Shown here one piece after another: positions 27,201-35,937 of a DNA stretch of 64,000 bases (position 1 is the first letter of the stretch; each line of letters starts with the position of its first letter). Source of the stretch: an uncultured delta proteobacterium (GTDB lineage: Bacteria > Myxococcota_A > Polyangia > Haliangiales > Haliangiaceae); the NCBI GenBank assembly GCA_963848295.1, contig CAWKDB010000004.1, positions 96,001 to 160,000 on the forward strand, read 5' to 3'. The notes below the pieces were generated by a model. The model ran no database searches. It was not told the origin of the DNA and was given only the letters and a program-made list of their open reading frames with translations. The translations under genes and the position numbers were made by a program.

Positions 27201-27659
27201 CACGAGCGCGTCGCCGCTGTCGATGACATACGTGTTGCCCTCGCGATCGACCGCGACGCCTTCGGGCAGCCAGAGTCCGGTCGCGGTCGCCTTCGCATCG
27301 CCGCCGACGAGCGCGTTCGCGGTCCAACTCGTGACCATGCACGCGTTACAGCCGTCGGCGGGATTGTCGTTGCCGTCGTCGCATTCCTCGCCGGCTTCGA
27401 CGACTCCGTCGCCGCAGAACTGGATACACACGCCATCGAGGCACGTGCCGGGCGCGCTCGACGTCGGGGTGCAAGCGGCCCCATCGGGAACGCCCATGCA
27501 TGCGTCGATCTGATCCTGCGCGACACACGCGTCACCGTCGGGCGAGCACACGTCGTTCGCGGGACACAGCGTGGCGCCGCACGACACGAGATTGTCTCGG
27601 ATGCACCCTCCGGCCGCTAGCGCAAGCGCGATCCCGGCGAGCGCGGGCCGCGACACCAC
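24252..27659 (-). CDS. Large NHL-repeat lipoprotein with Myxococcus-type Cys-rich repeat
   Basis: Lipobox AGGC; CGDGVVEAGEECDDGN..DGC; many tandem GFSGDGGPAT.A.L..P.G.A.D..GN..IAD..N.RIRRVD repeats; start trimmed from ORF track. Confidence 0.88.
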   Translation of the reverse strand: MVSRPALAGIALALAAGGCIRDNLVSCGATLCPANDVCSPDGDACVAQDQIDACMGVPDGAACTPTSSAPGTCLDGVCIQFCGDGVVEAGEECDDGNDNPADGCNACMVTSWTANALVGGDAKATATGLWLPEGVAVDREGNTYVIDSGDALVLRIDAATGVVTTVAGSGVDGFAGDGGPAIYAQFAYAAALAVDGLGNIFVADNGNNRIRRIDAITGIITTVAGDDDHAFVSGDGVPATSASLWHPFGVAVDGLGDLYIADTQNGRVRRVDVDTGLISTVVGVGNGASAGDGGVATAATVSSPYGVVFDAAGNMFVSEQYGHRVRRVDAATGIITTYAGIGTAGFSGDNGPATAAQLQNPQGIALDRAGNLYIADYGNSRIRRVDATTHLISTVAGSNATGFGGDGGLATAAAISAFSVAVDSAGNMFIADGNNQRVREVSPSGVIATAAGTGSRGYSGDGGAATAAPLSYPTSIAVNAAGDIAVADSGNSRVRSVDPATGVISTIAGGDLFATLGDGGLAVDANAGEPISVRFDAAGNLYFVDLDNDLVRRVDAVTSIITTVAGNGTTGFSGDGGPATSAALDGPVGLAIDGHGNIFISDSSNQRIRRVDATTGVISTVAGNGTAGYAGENVAATSAMLNYPLGIAVDSAGNLWIADNDNNRVRRVTAAGLISTVAGLGTQGSMGDGGPGTAAQVDHPSCVAVDAAGNAYICASYSDKIRRLDATTNIITTVVGGGGQYSFIGDGGLATSASLFSPQDVAIDATGAIYVADYENQRIRRVDPATGIIDTVAGQVDPEGTGPIAQAHLANPQALIAGPGLPETLIAGGISGTVEGLGTTTSVVAVIAGRYPQGTATGQLARFRASSFGTVSGIAFDAAASVLYVVESSTNRIDAITVVDPNDADTWTIAPFANTAGATGFADGAVATAMFRSPTGLYLDAATHRLYVADTGNHVIRAIDLGASTIATIAGTPATLGYDGDGGAATNALLYQPQAIAVCPDGDLFIADTGNHRIRRIDSHSVISTVLGNGVADSSGDGGPAATFPVDAPRGLSCDALGNVYTSSTSTVRQLAADPSGVVDGSGTVRTIYGAQPRDTFPASVTRCLTGVAAIDDATVQVTDGCTGLLVELHRPAGG

Positions 27660-27661
27660 GC

Positions 27662-28513
27662 TCAGCGCAAGCCGAGGCTGCGGCCCAGCTCGATCGCGAG
27701 CGCCGACTCCGGGTGGCGTTCGATCCGCTTCGCGCGCGGCTTGTGGCGCGCGGGCAGGTCGGTCAACGACATCGCGATCTCCGGCTTGCGCGCGGGAATC
27801 TGCGGTGGGTCGTCGCCGTCGCCATCGCCGTCGTCTTCCGCTGCCACCGCGACATCGGGATCGAGCGAATCGTCGATGCGCAGCGTCTTGACCACGGTCT
27901 GACCGAGGCGCTCGACGGTGATCTGGACCTCGAGGCTGTCCTTGTCGCGACCGAATGCCGCGACGGCTTGCTCGATCGTCGACACGGCGACGCCGTCGAT
28001 CTTGCGAATCACGTCGCCCTCGGCGAGCGTGCCGAGGCCGAACCACGACGACGGCACCATGACGCCGGATGGCGCGCCGCCGGCGGTGACTTGGGTGAAC
28101 GTATGGCTCTTGTTCGTCACGAGATCGCGGAACCGCTCGAACTGCTGGACGCGGTCGCGGTACCGATCGCGCGAGATCGTCGCCTCGGCGGCGTCGAGCT
28201 TGACCGCGACGCGGACCACGATGGCCTGCGTGCCGCGCATGACATCGAGATAGAAGATCGCTCCGCCGTTGTTCAGCATCGTCAGCCGGGTAGCCGGCTG
28301 GCCATTGATCGCCCGAACGAGATCGCCTTTGACGAGCCCGAGCGATGGGTTGTCGCGCAACGCGAGTAAGCCGACGGGCTCGTCGTGTTGTTCGATCAAC
28401 CCGGGCACCGCCGCGGCCATATCGTTCGCGGTGATCGCTCGGTCGATCACATCCGCTCGGGTCGCTCGGGCGAGCCCGACGACGAGGACGACGACGAACA
28501 AGAGTGTCCTCAT
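27662..28513 (-). CDS. Secreted protein with two PDZ-like regions
   Basis: Signal peptide; LGLVKGDLVRAING and LAEGDVIRKIDG..ITVERLG PDZ signatures. Confidence 0.7.
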   Translation of the reverse strand: MRTLLFVVVLVVGLARATRADVIDRAITANDMAAAVPGLIEQHDEPVGLLALRDNPSLGLVKGDLVRAINGQPATRLTMLNNGGAIFYLDVMRGTQAIVVRVAVKLDAAEATISRDRYRDRVQQFERFRDLVTNKSHTFTQVTAGGAPSGVMVPSSWFGLGTLAEGDVIRKIDGVAVSTIEQAVAAFGRDKDSLEVQITVERLGQTVVKTLRIDDSLDPDVAVAAEDDGDGDGDDPPQIPARKPEIAMSLTDLPARHKPRAKRIERHPESALAIELGRSLGLR

Positions 28514-28759
28514 CGTTCCAAATTATCACAGCGAGCAATTCCCCCGCGGATCTTGCGATGCCTTCATCGGCCTACATCGGCGCTGCCGTAGGTCGTGCCC
28601 GGCGTGCGGCCGTCGCGCACGCGTCCGATGATCGTGATCAGCTCGAGCGCGGCCACGGCCGAGCATAGCCGGGTGGACGGCCGTCGGCCGATCGTGTGCC
28701 GACACCCGGGGAAGTCTCAGAAGTCTGAGGACCAGCTAAACCCGTTCGGCCAGTTACGC

Positions 28760-28775
28760 GGGCACTGATCTTGCT
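28760..28775 (+). promoter_or_regulatory. Sigma54-like -24/-12 promoter
   Basis: GGGCACTGATCTTGCT: GG-N10-GC, 12 nt before ATG 28788. Confidence 0.6.
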
Positions 28776-28787
28776 GCTCGTCACGCC

Positions 28788-29153
28788 ATGCGCCTTCGAT
28801 TCGCCGCTCCGTGCGTCGTCGCGGCATGCACCAGCCTCAGCCCGCCCGCGACGACCGCGGGAACGTGTACTCCGCCGTTGTCGTGCAGCGGGCCCGAGTG
28901 CCAGCTCGCCACCGCCGAGACCGACGGCAGCCTGTGCCCGGCGTTCGAGCAGCACTATGGGGATTATACGATCATCACCCAACAGGGTACGGATACCGAG
29001 ACCGCGCTCTACTATGACGCGACCGGCAACCTGGCGGCGTCGGTGCACACCGAGCCCAGCGGCAAGTCCGACTGTGCCGGCTCCGCCGCTTTCACCGCAG
29101 AGGCATGCCAGACGCCAACGACGATGCTCGCGGTGTGCGGCGCCCAGCCGTGA
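28788..29153 (+). CDS. Small Cys-rich lipoprotein, hypothetical
   Basis: VAAC lipobox-like; natural amino-acid composition; sigma54-like site upstream. Confidence 0.65.
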   Translation: MRLRFAAPCVVAACTSLSPPATTAGTCTPPLSCSGPECQLATAETDGSLCPAFEQHYGDYTIITQQGTDTETALYYDATGNLAASVHTEPSGKSDCAGSAAFTAEACQTPTTMLAVCGAQP

Positions 29154-29200
29154 GACGGCCCCGAACGCAATAGCGCCGGTTGCTCGGGCGTTCGCCTGTC

Positions 29201-29923
29201 ATGCTCGGTCGGCTCGCACTCGCGGTGGTCGGGGTCGCGGCCGCCGGCTCGATCGCGGCGGCCGATCCGCTCGAGCTCGCCGCGATGGACGGTCCATATC
29301 CGACGCTGCGCACGTTCTGCGAGCGCACCGTGCTCGGCGCCGCGGGCTTGCTTGTTGTCGGCGAGTGCCCGATCTCGAAGGTGACCCCTCTCGATGCCCC
29401 GTGGAGCGCAGGGACGTTCGTCCGGTTCGACGTCCACGCCGGCGAGCCGATGTGGTACGCGGCGATCTTCGCGCGCGACGGCTGGTACGTCACCGACGTG
29501 CCGATCTGCAGCGGTCGCGGCTGCGAGCCGTTCATCGGCCCGATCGCGATGTTCGACACCGACGGCGGTCCACAGCTCGCGAAGTTCTCCGCTGGCTGGC
29601 TCCAGCCGGAGCGCCCGGGACCGATCCCGTACAGCTTGGAGCAGCGAGTCGACCTGATCTGCGCGCCCGGGTCGGGGGCGGCGCCGGCGTGTACGAGCGT
29701 ACCGGTCAAGATCGCGATCACTCAAGATACGGATCCCGACGCCGCGCCGCGGACTCGGATCGCCGCGCGCACGAACCTGCGGGTGGCGGCGCGTTGGCGT
29801 TCCGATCGGCTCGTGTTGAGAGTGTCCGGCACGCACCGCGTCACCGGCCACAATCGCGAAGCGACCGGGTGGCGCAAGACCATCGCGTCGATCGTCGGTC
29901 GTCACGTCCTGCCGCTGCCGTGA
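29201..29923 (+). CDS. Secreted hypothetical protein
   Basis: Signal peptide ending AAA-DP; paired cysteines. Confidence 0.6.
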   Translation: MLGRLALAVVGVAAAGSIAAADPLELAAMDGPYPTLRTFCERTVLGAAGLLVVGECPISKVTPLDAPWSAGTFVRFDVHAGEPMWYAAIFARDGWYVTDVPICSGRGCEPFIGPIAMFDTDGGPQLAKFSAGWLQPERPGPIPYSLEQRVDLICAPGSGAAPACTSVPVKIAITQDTDPDAAPRTRIAARTNLRVAARWRSDRLVLRVSGTHRVTGHNREATGWRKTIASIVGRHVLPLP

Positions 29924-29924
29924 G

Positions 29925-31679
29925 TCACTTCGCAGCGAGGACCGATTCGACCATCTGTTGCGACATCGGGTGGTACGACGCCCGGCACTTCGCGTAGCTC
30001 GCGATCGCGAGATCGCGCGTGCGCGGATCGGCGGCGAGCGCGGTGTAGAGCGGTCGCAGATACTTCATCCGGCCGACCTCGGCGACCACTTGCTCGACCC
30101 GCGGCACGACCGCGTGATACCCCGACTTCAACGCGAGCGTCAGCCAGGCGACGAGCACGTCGTAGTTCTTGCTCGCGGTCAGCGCGAACCGTTCGTCGAG
30201 CGCGCGACACGTCGCGTCCGACGCCGGCCGCGGCACGTTCTCGATGAACAGCGACCACTCGGTCGCGTTCCACTTCGCCGCCACCTCGGTCGCCGGCAGC
30301 TCGCCGCGCAGCGCTTCGATCGCATCGAGCCGCGCGGACTTCGGCACCACCGCGCTCGCGGGCAGACCCTCGCCGTCGAGCCACTCGTCGGCGTTCGCCT
30401 TCGCGAGCACACCGGGCAGCGCGGCCTCGATGTGCCGCTCGAAGTCCTCGGTCGTGATCGCGCCGAACCGGAACGCGGCGAGATAGCTGCGCAACCAGCT
30501 CGTGAACGCCTCCCGCCCGACCACGGCTTCGATCACGCACAAGAACATGTAGCCCTTCTCGTACGGGATCAGCGAATAGCACTCGTCGGGGTCGATGCCG
30601 TCGAGGTGCGTGCGCAGCCGCGTCATCCCGGGCCGATCTTTGAACCGCTCGAGCGATTCGTCGAGCTCGCGCCGGCCGAGCGCGGCCGACAGCGCCGCCA
30701 TGTCCGGGCCTTCGAGCGCCTCGGTGATCCGCCGCTCCGCGTACATCGTGAACCCTTCGTTGAGCCAGAAGTGCTCGGCGTTCGCGTTCGTGACGAGGTT
30801 GCCGGTCCACGAGTGCGCCAGCTCGTGGGCGATCACCGAGACGAGCGAACGGTCGCCGGCGACGACGGTCGGTGTGATGAACGTCAGCCGCGGATTCTCC
30901 ATCCCGCCGTACGGAAACGACGGCGGCATCGTCAAGATGTCGAATCGCTCCCAATCGTAAGGGCCGAACAGCGCCTCGGCGGCGTCGATCATCGCCTCGG
31001 CGTCGGCGAACTCGTACGCGGCGGCATCGACGACCGCGGGCTCGGCCCACACCCGACAGCGCGGCGACAGGTCGCGCGATTCGAGATCGCCGATCGCGAG
31101 CGCGAACAGGTACGGCGGGATCGGCTGCGGCATCTCGAAGCGATGGGTCGCGGTCGCACTCTGGTCGCGCCGGCCGCGGTCCGCCGCCGCCATCACGCAG
31201 CGCAGCTCGACCGGGAACACGAGCTCGGCGGTGTAGCGCACGCGCAGCCGCGGCGTGTCTTGCAACGGGATCACCGATCGCGCGTGGATCGCCTGACACT
31301 GCGAGAACAGATATGGCCGCACACCACCGCGGGTCTGGGCCGGCGATAACCACTGCAGCGCGGACGCCTCGGGCGACGTGCGGTAGCCGATCTTGACCGA
31401 AAGTGTCGGCGCGCCGATCTCGATCTCGAGGCGCGATCCGAGATGCGGCTCGGCCGGATGCAGCGTGAAGCGCAGCGGACGCCCGGACGCGTCCGTGACG
31501 TAGTTGATCGCGAGGTCGCGCGTATCGAGATCGAGGCGACCACTGCCCGGTGCGCGGAACGTCAAGACGACCTCCGCCGCGATCGAGCGCGTCGCGAAGT
31601 CGACCTGCGCGTGGAGCATGAACGAGTCGGTCTGCGGCTGGGAGTCGTCGGCGTACGAGTGCGGATCGCGGCGCGTCAT
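29925..31679 (-). CDS. M1 aminopeptidase (leukotriene A4 hydrolase-like)
   Basis: FPYGGMENP, HELAHSW..N, WLNEG, PYEKG, GRMKYLRPLY. Confidence 0.95.
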   Translation of the reverse strand: MTRRDPHSYADDSQPQTDSFMLHAQVDFATRSIAAEVVLTFRAPGSGRLDLDTRDLAINYVTDASGRPLRFTLHPAEPHLGSRLEIEIGAPTLSVKIGYRTSPEASALQWLSPAQTRGGVRPYLFSQCQAIHARSVIPLQDTPRLRVRYTAELVFPVELRCVMAAADRGRRDQSATATHRFEMPQPIPPYLFALAIGDLESRDLSPRCRVWAEPAVVDAAAYEFADAEAMIDAAEALFGPYDWERFDILTMPPSFPYGGMENPRLTFITPTVVAGDRSLVSVIAHELAHSWTGNLVTNANAEHFWLNEGFTMYAERRITEALEGPDMAALSAALGRRELDESLERFKDRPGMTRLRTHLDGIDPDECYSLIPYEKGYMFLCVIEAVVGREAFTSWLRSYLAAFRFGAITTEDFERHIEAALPGVLAKANADEWLDGEGLPASAVVPKSARLDAIEALRGELPATEVAAKWNATEWSLFIENVPRPASDATCRALDERFALTASKNYDVLVAWLTLALKSGYHAVVPRVEQVVAEVGRMKYLRPLYTALAADPRTRDLAIASYAKCRASYHPMSQQMVESVLAAK

Positions 31680-31715
31680 GGCGGCATGGTTGCACGGAAG
31701 CCGGCGAGCCGTCGT

Positions 31716-32468
31716 CTAGTGACCCGCGGCGATCACCGCGGCCACCGCTTCGTCCGGATCATCGACGATCTGGATGAGCTCGAGATCGGCCTCGGCGATC
31801 TTGCCGCCGGCGAGCACGGTCGTGCGCAACCAGTCGAGCAACCCGGCCCAGTAGGCGCGGCTGTACAGCACGACCGGGAAGTGCGAGATCTTGCCGGTCT
31901 GGATCAGCACCAGCGCCTCGAGCAGCTCGTCGAGCGTGCCGAATCCGCCGGGGAAGATGACGAACGCCGACGAGTACTTGATGAACATCGTCTTGCGCAC
32001 GAAGAAGTAGCGGAAGTTGACGAGCGTATCGATCCACGGGTTCGCGGCCTGCTCGAACGGCAGCTCGATGTTGCAGCCGATCGAGCGACCTTTCGCCTCG
32101 CGCGCACCGCGGTTCGCCGCTTCCATGATACCCGGGCCACCGCCGGTGATGATCGCGTAGTCGGCGCGGGCGAGTAGCGTAGCCGTGCGCTGCGCCGCCT
32201 TGTAGAACGGATCGCTGGGTGCGGTGCGCGCCGAACCGAAGATCGCGACCGCGCGCGTGACGTCACCCAGCGCATCGATGCCTTCGACGACCTCGCTCGT
32301 GATCCGCATGACGCGCCACGAGTCGCTGCGCCGGAAGTCTTCAGGCAGTCGCGGGATGTCGAGGAGCCGCTGATCTTCGGTGATCGCCGGATCGCGAAGC
32401 GCGTCGTCGATCTGCGGGCGGCCGGCGAGGCGATGCCCTTCATTCGTGCGCTCGACCGACTTGGCCAT
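31716..32468 (-). CDS. LOG-family (TIGR00730-type) nucleotide monophosphate nucleosidase
   Basis: FGSART, TGGGPGIMEAANRGA, FFVRKTMF, PGGFGTLDE; start uncertain (could extend to about 32615). Confidence 0.9.
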   Translation of the reverse strand: MAKSVERTNEGHRLAGRPQIDDALRDPAITEDQRLLDIPRLPEDFRRSDSWRVMRITSEVVEGIDALGDVTRAVAIFGSARTAPSDPFYKAAQRTATLLARADYAIITGGGPGIMEAANRGAREAKGRSIGCNIELPFEQAANPWIDTLVNFRYFFVRKTMFIKYSSAFVIFPGGFGTLDELLEALVLIQTGKISHFPVVLYSRAYWAGLLDWLRTTVLAGGKIAEADLELIQIVDDPDEAVAAVIAAGH

Positions 32469-32594
32469 GGCGGCGATCTCTTTGCGGCGCAGCGCCGCGC
32501 GATCGAGCCCGCCAGCTTGCTTCGGCGGCTTGGGCGGCTTTGGCGGCTTTCCGGCGTTGACGCGTGGACGATTGCTGGACGATCGTTGCGGACG

Positions 32595-34046
32595 ATGACG
32601 AGATCCGGTGGCCATTCGATCGACATGGTGCAGGTTGCACGCCGCGTCCTGCAAGAGAATGGCTTCGATCCGGACTTCCCACCCGGGCTCGACGCCACGG
32701 TGCCGGCGCGTGATCCGCTCGAGTCGGCGCGCGACATGCGCGATCTGGCGTGGTCGTCGATCGACAACGAAGACTCGCGCGATCTCGACCAGATCGAGGT
32801 CGCCGAGCGCCTGGCCGACGGCGCGATCCGCGTGTTCGTCGGCATCGCCGACGTCGATGCGCTCGTACCGAAGGGCTCGCCGATCGACAAGCACGCGGCG
32901 ATCAACACGACGTCGCTCTACACCGGTGTCCATACGTTCCCGATGCTGCCGCTGATGTTGTCGACGGGACGGACCTCGCTCCTCGAAGACGGCGCGCCGA
33001 GGCTGTCGATCGTGACCGAGTACGTGGTGCGCAGCGACGGCACGCTCGACGATGCCCAGACGAAGATCTACCCCGCGCTCGTGACGAATCGCGCGAAGCT
33101 CGTCTATGAACGCGTCGGCGCGTGGCTCGAAGGCAAGGGCGAGACGCCCCACGGCGGACCGCAGATCTCCGACCAGCTCCACTTGCAAGACGAGGTCGCG
33201 CAACGGCTGCGAGCGCTGCGCCACGAGCACGGCTCGTTACAGCTCGAGACGATCGAGCCGAGACCGGTCATGGACCACGGCGAGGTCGTGGCGCTCGAAG
33301 TGCAGGAGCAGAACCGTGCGCACGAGCTGATCGAGGACCTGATGGTCGCCGCGAACGGGGCGACCGCGCGTTATCTCGAGAAGCTCGGACGGTCGGCGGT
33401 GCGCCGCGTCGTCGTCAAGCCGAAGCGCTGGGATCGGATCGTCGAGCTCGCGAAGGCGCTCGGCACCTCGCTGCCACCCGGTCCGGATGCGAAGGCGTTG
33501 TCGGCTTTTCTCGAGCTGCGCCGCGCCGCCGATCCGTTGCGATTCCCGGATCTGTCACTGTCGGTGATCAAGTTGCTCGGTCCCGGCCAGTACGTGCTCC
33601 AGCGCGCCACCGACAAGGACCAGGGCCATTTCGGGCTCGCGGTCGACGACTATTCGCACTCGACTGCACCGAATCGCCGCTACCCCGACCTGATCACGCA
33701 GCGCCTGCTGAAGGCTGCGGCGGCGGACGTCGGCGCGCCGTACTCGGACGACGAGCTCGCCGCGCTCGCGAATCACTGCACCGAGCGTGAAGATGCGGCG
33801 CGCAAGGTCGAGCGGACGATGCGCAAGGTCGCGGCGGCGCAGTTGCTCTCGACGCGGATCGGCGACGAGTTCGACGCGATCGTGACCGGGGCGAGCGACA
33901 AGGGCGTGTACGTGCGATTGCTCCATCCGCCGGCCGAAGGCCGAGTCATGCGTGGCGAGCACGGGCTCGACGTCGGCGATCGCGTGCGGGTCAAGCTGAT
34001 CGATACCGACGCGTCGCGCGGCTTCATCGACTTCGCACGAGTCTAA
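32595..34046 (+). CDS. Compact RNase II/R family exoribonuclease (RNB + S1)
   Basis: SIDNEDSRDLDQ, IADV, TSLY, HELIEDLM, HSTAPNRRYPDL, C-terminal S1. Confidence 0.92.
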   Translation: MTRSGGHSIDMVQVARRVLQENGFDPDFPPGLDATVPARDPLESARDMRDLAWSSIDNEDSRDLDQIEVAERLADGAIRVFVGIADVDALVPKGSPIDKHAAINTTSLYTGVHTFPMLPLMLSTGRTSLLEDGAPRLSIVTEYVVRSDGTLDDAQTKIYPALVTNRAKLVYERVGAWLEGKGETPHGGPQISDQLHLQDEVAQRLRALRHEHGSLQLETIEPRPVMDHGEVVALEVQEQNRAHELIEDLMVAANGATARYLEKLGRSAVRRVVVKPKRWDRIVELAKALGTSLPPGPDAKALSAFLELRRAADPLRFPDLSLSVIKLLGPGQYVLQRATDKDQGHFGLAVDDYSHSTAPNRRYPDLITQRLLKAAAADVGAPYSDDELAALANHCTEREDAARKVERTMRKVAAAQLLSTRIGDEFDAIVTGASDKGVYVRLLHPPAEGRVMRGEHGLDVGDRVRVKLIDTDASRGFIDFARV

Positions 34047-35197
34047 CAGCGACCGTTGTCATTGCAGTGCCCGGTCGCGCAGTCTTGGTCTTCGTTACAC
34101 AGCTCGCCGACGGGGCACGGGTCACAGCCGTTGCCGCAGTCGACGTCTGATTCGAAGCCATCGCGCACGCCATCGCTGCACGTCTCGGGTGCGCACGTGC
34201 CATCGGCGCAAACGTTGGTCTGGCAGTCGCCGTCGACCGCGCACTGGGCATTACCCGGACAAGACTGGCAGGCGCCGCCGCCGCAGTCGAGCGCGGTCTC
34301 GGTGCCGTCGAGGATCCGGTCGTGACACGAGTCGGTTTGCGGAGGGGGGCACGATCCGCTCGCGCACGGCGACAGGTGGATCGCGAAGCCGACCGACAGC
34401 GAGTCACCCGGCCTTGCGTCCGACGCGGGCGCCGGCGCATACACCCCGCCGTCGTACAGGCTCAGGTCCGGGGCCAGGTTCGCTTCGAGGTACGAACTGC
34501 TCGAGACCTCGGCGAGCGACAGCTGGCCGTCGTGGTTCGTGTCGACCTGATCCGCGAGCTCGACGTGCGTCGTCGGATCGCTCGCGATCATCTGAACGAT
34601 GCCAGCGGCCGCCGTGTCGAGTGCGATCGGCTCCGGGATGCCGCCGCCGACGAAGCCGTCGAAGCCGCCGCTGCCGTCGCTCGTCAGGTTCATTTCAAGC
34701 CCGTCGACCCGGAACACCGACGGGTCGGCGTCGACGAACACGGGCAAGACGACCGACGCGCTGCCCGGAACGGCGGTCGTCGCGGTGCGATTCGACACGA
34801 ACATGCCGCCGGCCAACGAACCCCCGATCGGAGTGGGCGTATCCCCCGCCGCTCCGAAATAGGTCACCTGCACGGTCGGGTCGTCGCTCAGATCGTCGGC
34901 GAGGATCTCGACGGTCGATGCGATCACGCCCGACGCCATCATCGCGGGCCCGGCGGTCGATAAGTCGTGGCTGTACGCGAGCAGCCCGGTCATGATCCCG
35001 AACTGATCGACCACGATGCCGTCGCCGGTGAGGTCATCCGCCTCCATTTGCGCCCCGTTGTCGTTGCCCGGCAGCCAGAACTGATCGACGACATAGCGAT
35101 AGGTCGTGCCGGTAAACGGACCGACGACGTCGGGAACGCCTTGCGACGAATCGTTACAGCCGACGAGGGCGAGCACGATCAAGACGGATGGTTTCAT
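34043..35197 (-). CDS. Lipoprotein with EF-hand-like loop and C-terminal Cys-rich repeats
   Basis: LVGC lipobox; DTNHDGQLS; two C.D...DG.E...DCG..C..C repeats. Confidence 0.75.
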   Translation of the reverse strand: MKPSVLIVLALVGCNDSSQGVPDVVGPFTGTTYRYVVDQFWLPGNDNGAQMEADDLTGDGIVVDQFGIMTGLLAYSHDLSTAGPAMMASGVIASTVEILADDLSDDPTVQVTYFGAAGDTPTPIGGSLAGGMFVSNRTATTAVPGSASVVLPVFVDADPSVFRVDGLEMNLTSDGSGGFDGFVGGGIPEPIALDTAAAGIVQMIASDPTTHVELADQVDTNHDGQLSLAEVSSSSYLEANLAPDLSLYDGGVYAPAPASDARPGDSLSVGFAIHLSPCASGSCPPPQTDSCHDRILDGTETALDCGGGACQSCPGNAQCAVDGDCQTNVCADGTCAPETCSDGVRDGFESDVDCGNGCDPCPVGELCNEDQDCATGHCNDNGRC

Positions 35198-35210
35198 CAG
35201 CCGATCGAAG

Positions 35211-35226
35211 AGCAAGCGAGGTGCCA
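35211..35226 (-). promoter_or_regulatory. Sigma54 -24/-12 promoter (consensus match)
   Basis: Minus strand TGGCACCTCGCTTGCT, 13 nt before ATG 35197. Confidence 0.75.
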
Positions 35227-35378
35227 TGGTCGGGGCACCGCTCCAGGTCGTCGCGATGCTTCGGTTTCCCGAGTCTTGCCAGCGCCGCTTCAACGACGAA
35301 GATGTCGCGATTCGGCCAACTGAAGTCTATTTGTCGTCGACGATCGCGACCCGTAAAGGTGTTTGCTACGTTTACGGC

Positions 35379-35876
35379 ATGACGCGACCGGAACGCAGCG
35401 ATCGCGTGCTCGTGGCGATCGGTCTGTTCAAGCTGGTCAAGTCGGTCACGCTGGTCGCGCTCGGCCTCTCCGTCGCGTTCGATCAACACAGCCTGGCGGC
35501 GCACCTCCGCGTGCTCGGCCACGCGTTCGGGATCCGGCCGAGGTACATCGACGAGGTCGTCGCGAAGATCGCGGCGACCAGCCCGCAGACGCTTGCGGCG
35601 CTCGGCGTCGGCGCGCTGATGTACGGCGCGCTGTTTGCGGTCGAGGGCTTCGGCCTCGTCCGCCGCCGGTTGTGGGCCGAGTACATGACGACCGTGATCA
35701 CGACCTCGTTCATCCCGATCGAGGTCTACGAGATGATCGCGTCGAGCAGCCTGCTCAAAGCCATCGTCATCCTGATGAACCTCGGGATCGTCGTGTACCT
35801 GCTGTGGCGTCTGCGCCGCGACCAGCACTGGCCGTTTGCGCCGCGGCCAAAGCCCGACGCGGTGGTGGAGAGCTGA
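35379..35876 (+). CDS. DUF2127-like membrane protein
   Basis: AIGLFKLVK, VEGFGL....WAEY, FIPIEVYE, NLGIVVYL. Confidence 0.8.
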   Translation: MTRPERSDRVLVAIGLFKLVKSVTLVALGLSVAFDQHSLAAHLRVLGHAFGIRPRYIDEVVAKIAATSPQTLAALGVGALMYGALFAVEGFGLVRRRLWAEYMTTVITTSFIPIEVYEMIASSSLLKAIVILMNLGIVVYLLWRLRRDQHWPFAPRPKPDAVVES

Positions 35877-35937
35877 CACGCGCGCGCAATGAGCCCGCGG
35901 AGTTGGCGCTGGTACGGCGCTTGTACTTCGTCGCCGC

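Noticed and set aside
25260..27300. Regularly spaced DNA repeats that might suggest a CRISPR or other array
   Set aside because: Degenerate, in-frame NHL protein repeats; no identical repeat-spacer structure and no cas genes
32521..32552. Short 9-bp tandem repeat (KPPKPPKPP on minus strand)
   Set aside because: Three imperfect copies in a low-complexity N-terminal or intergenic stretch; no evidence of function
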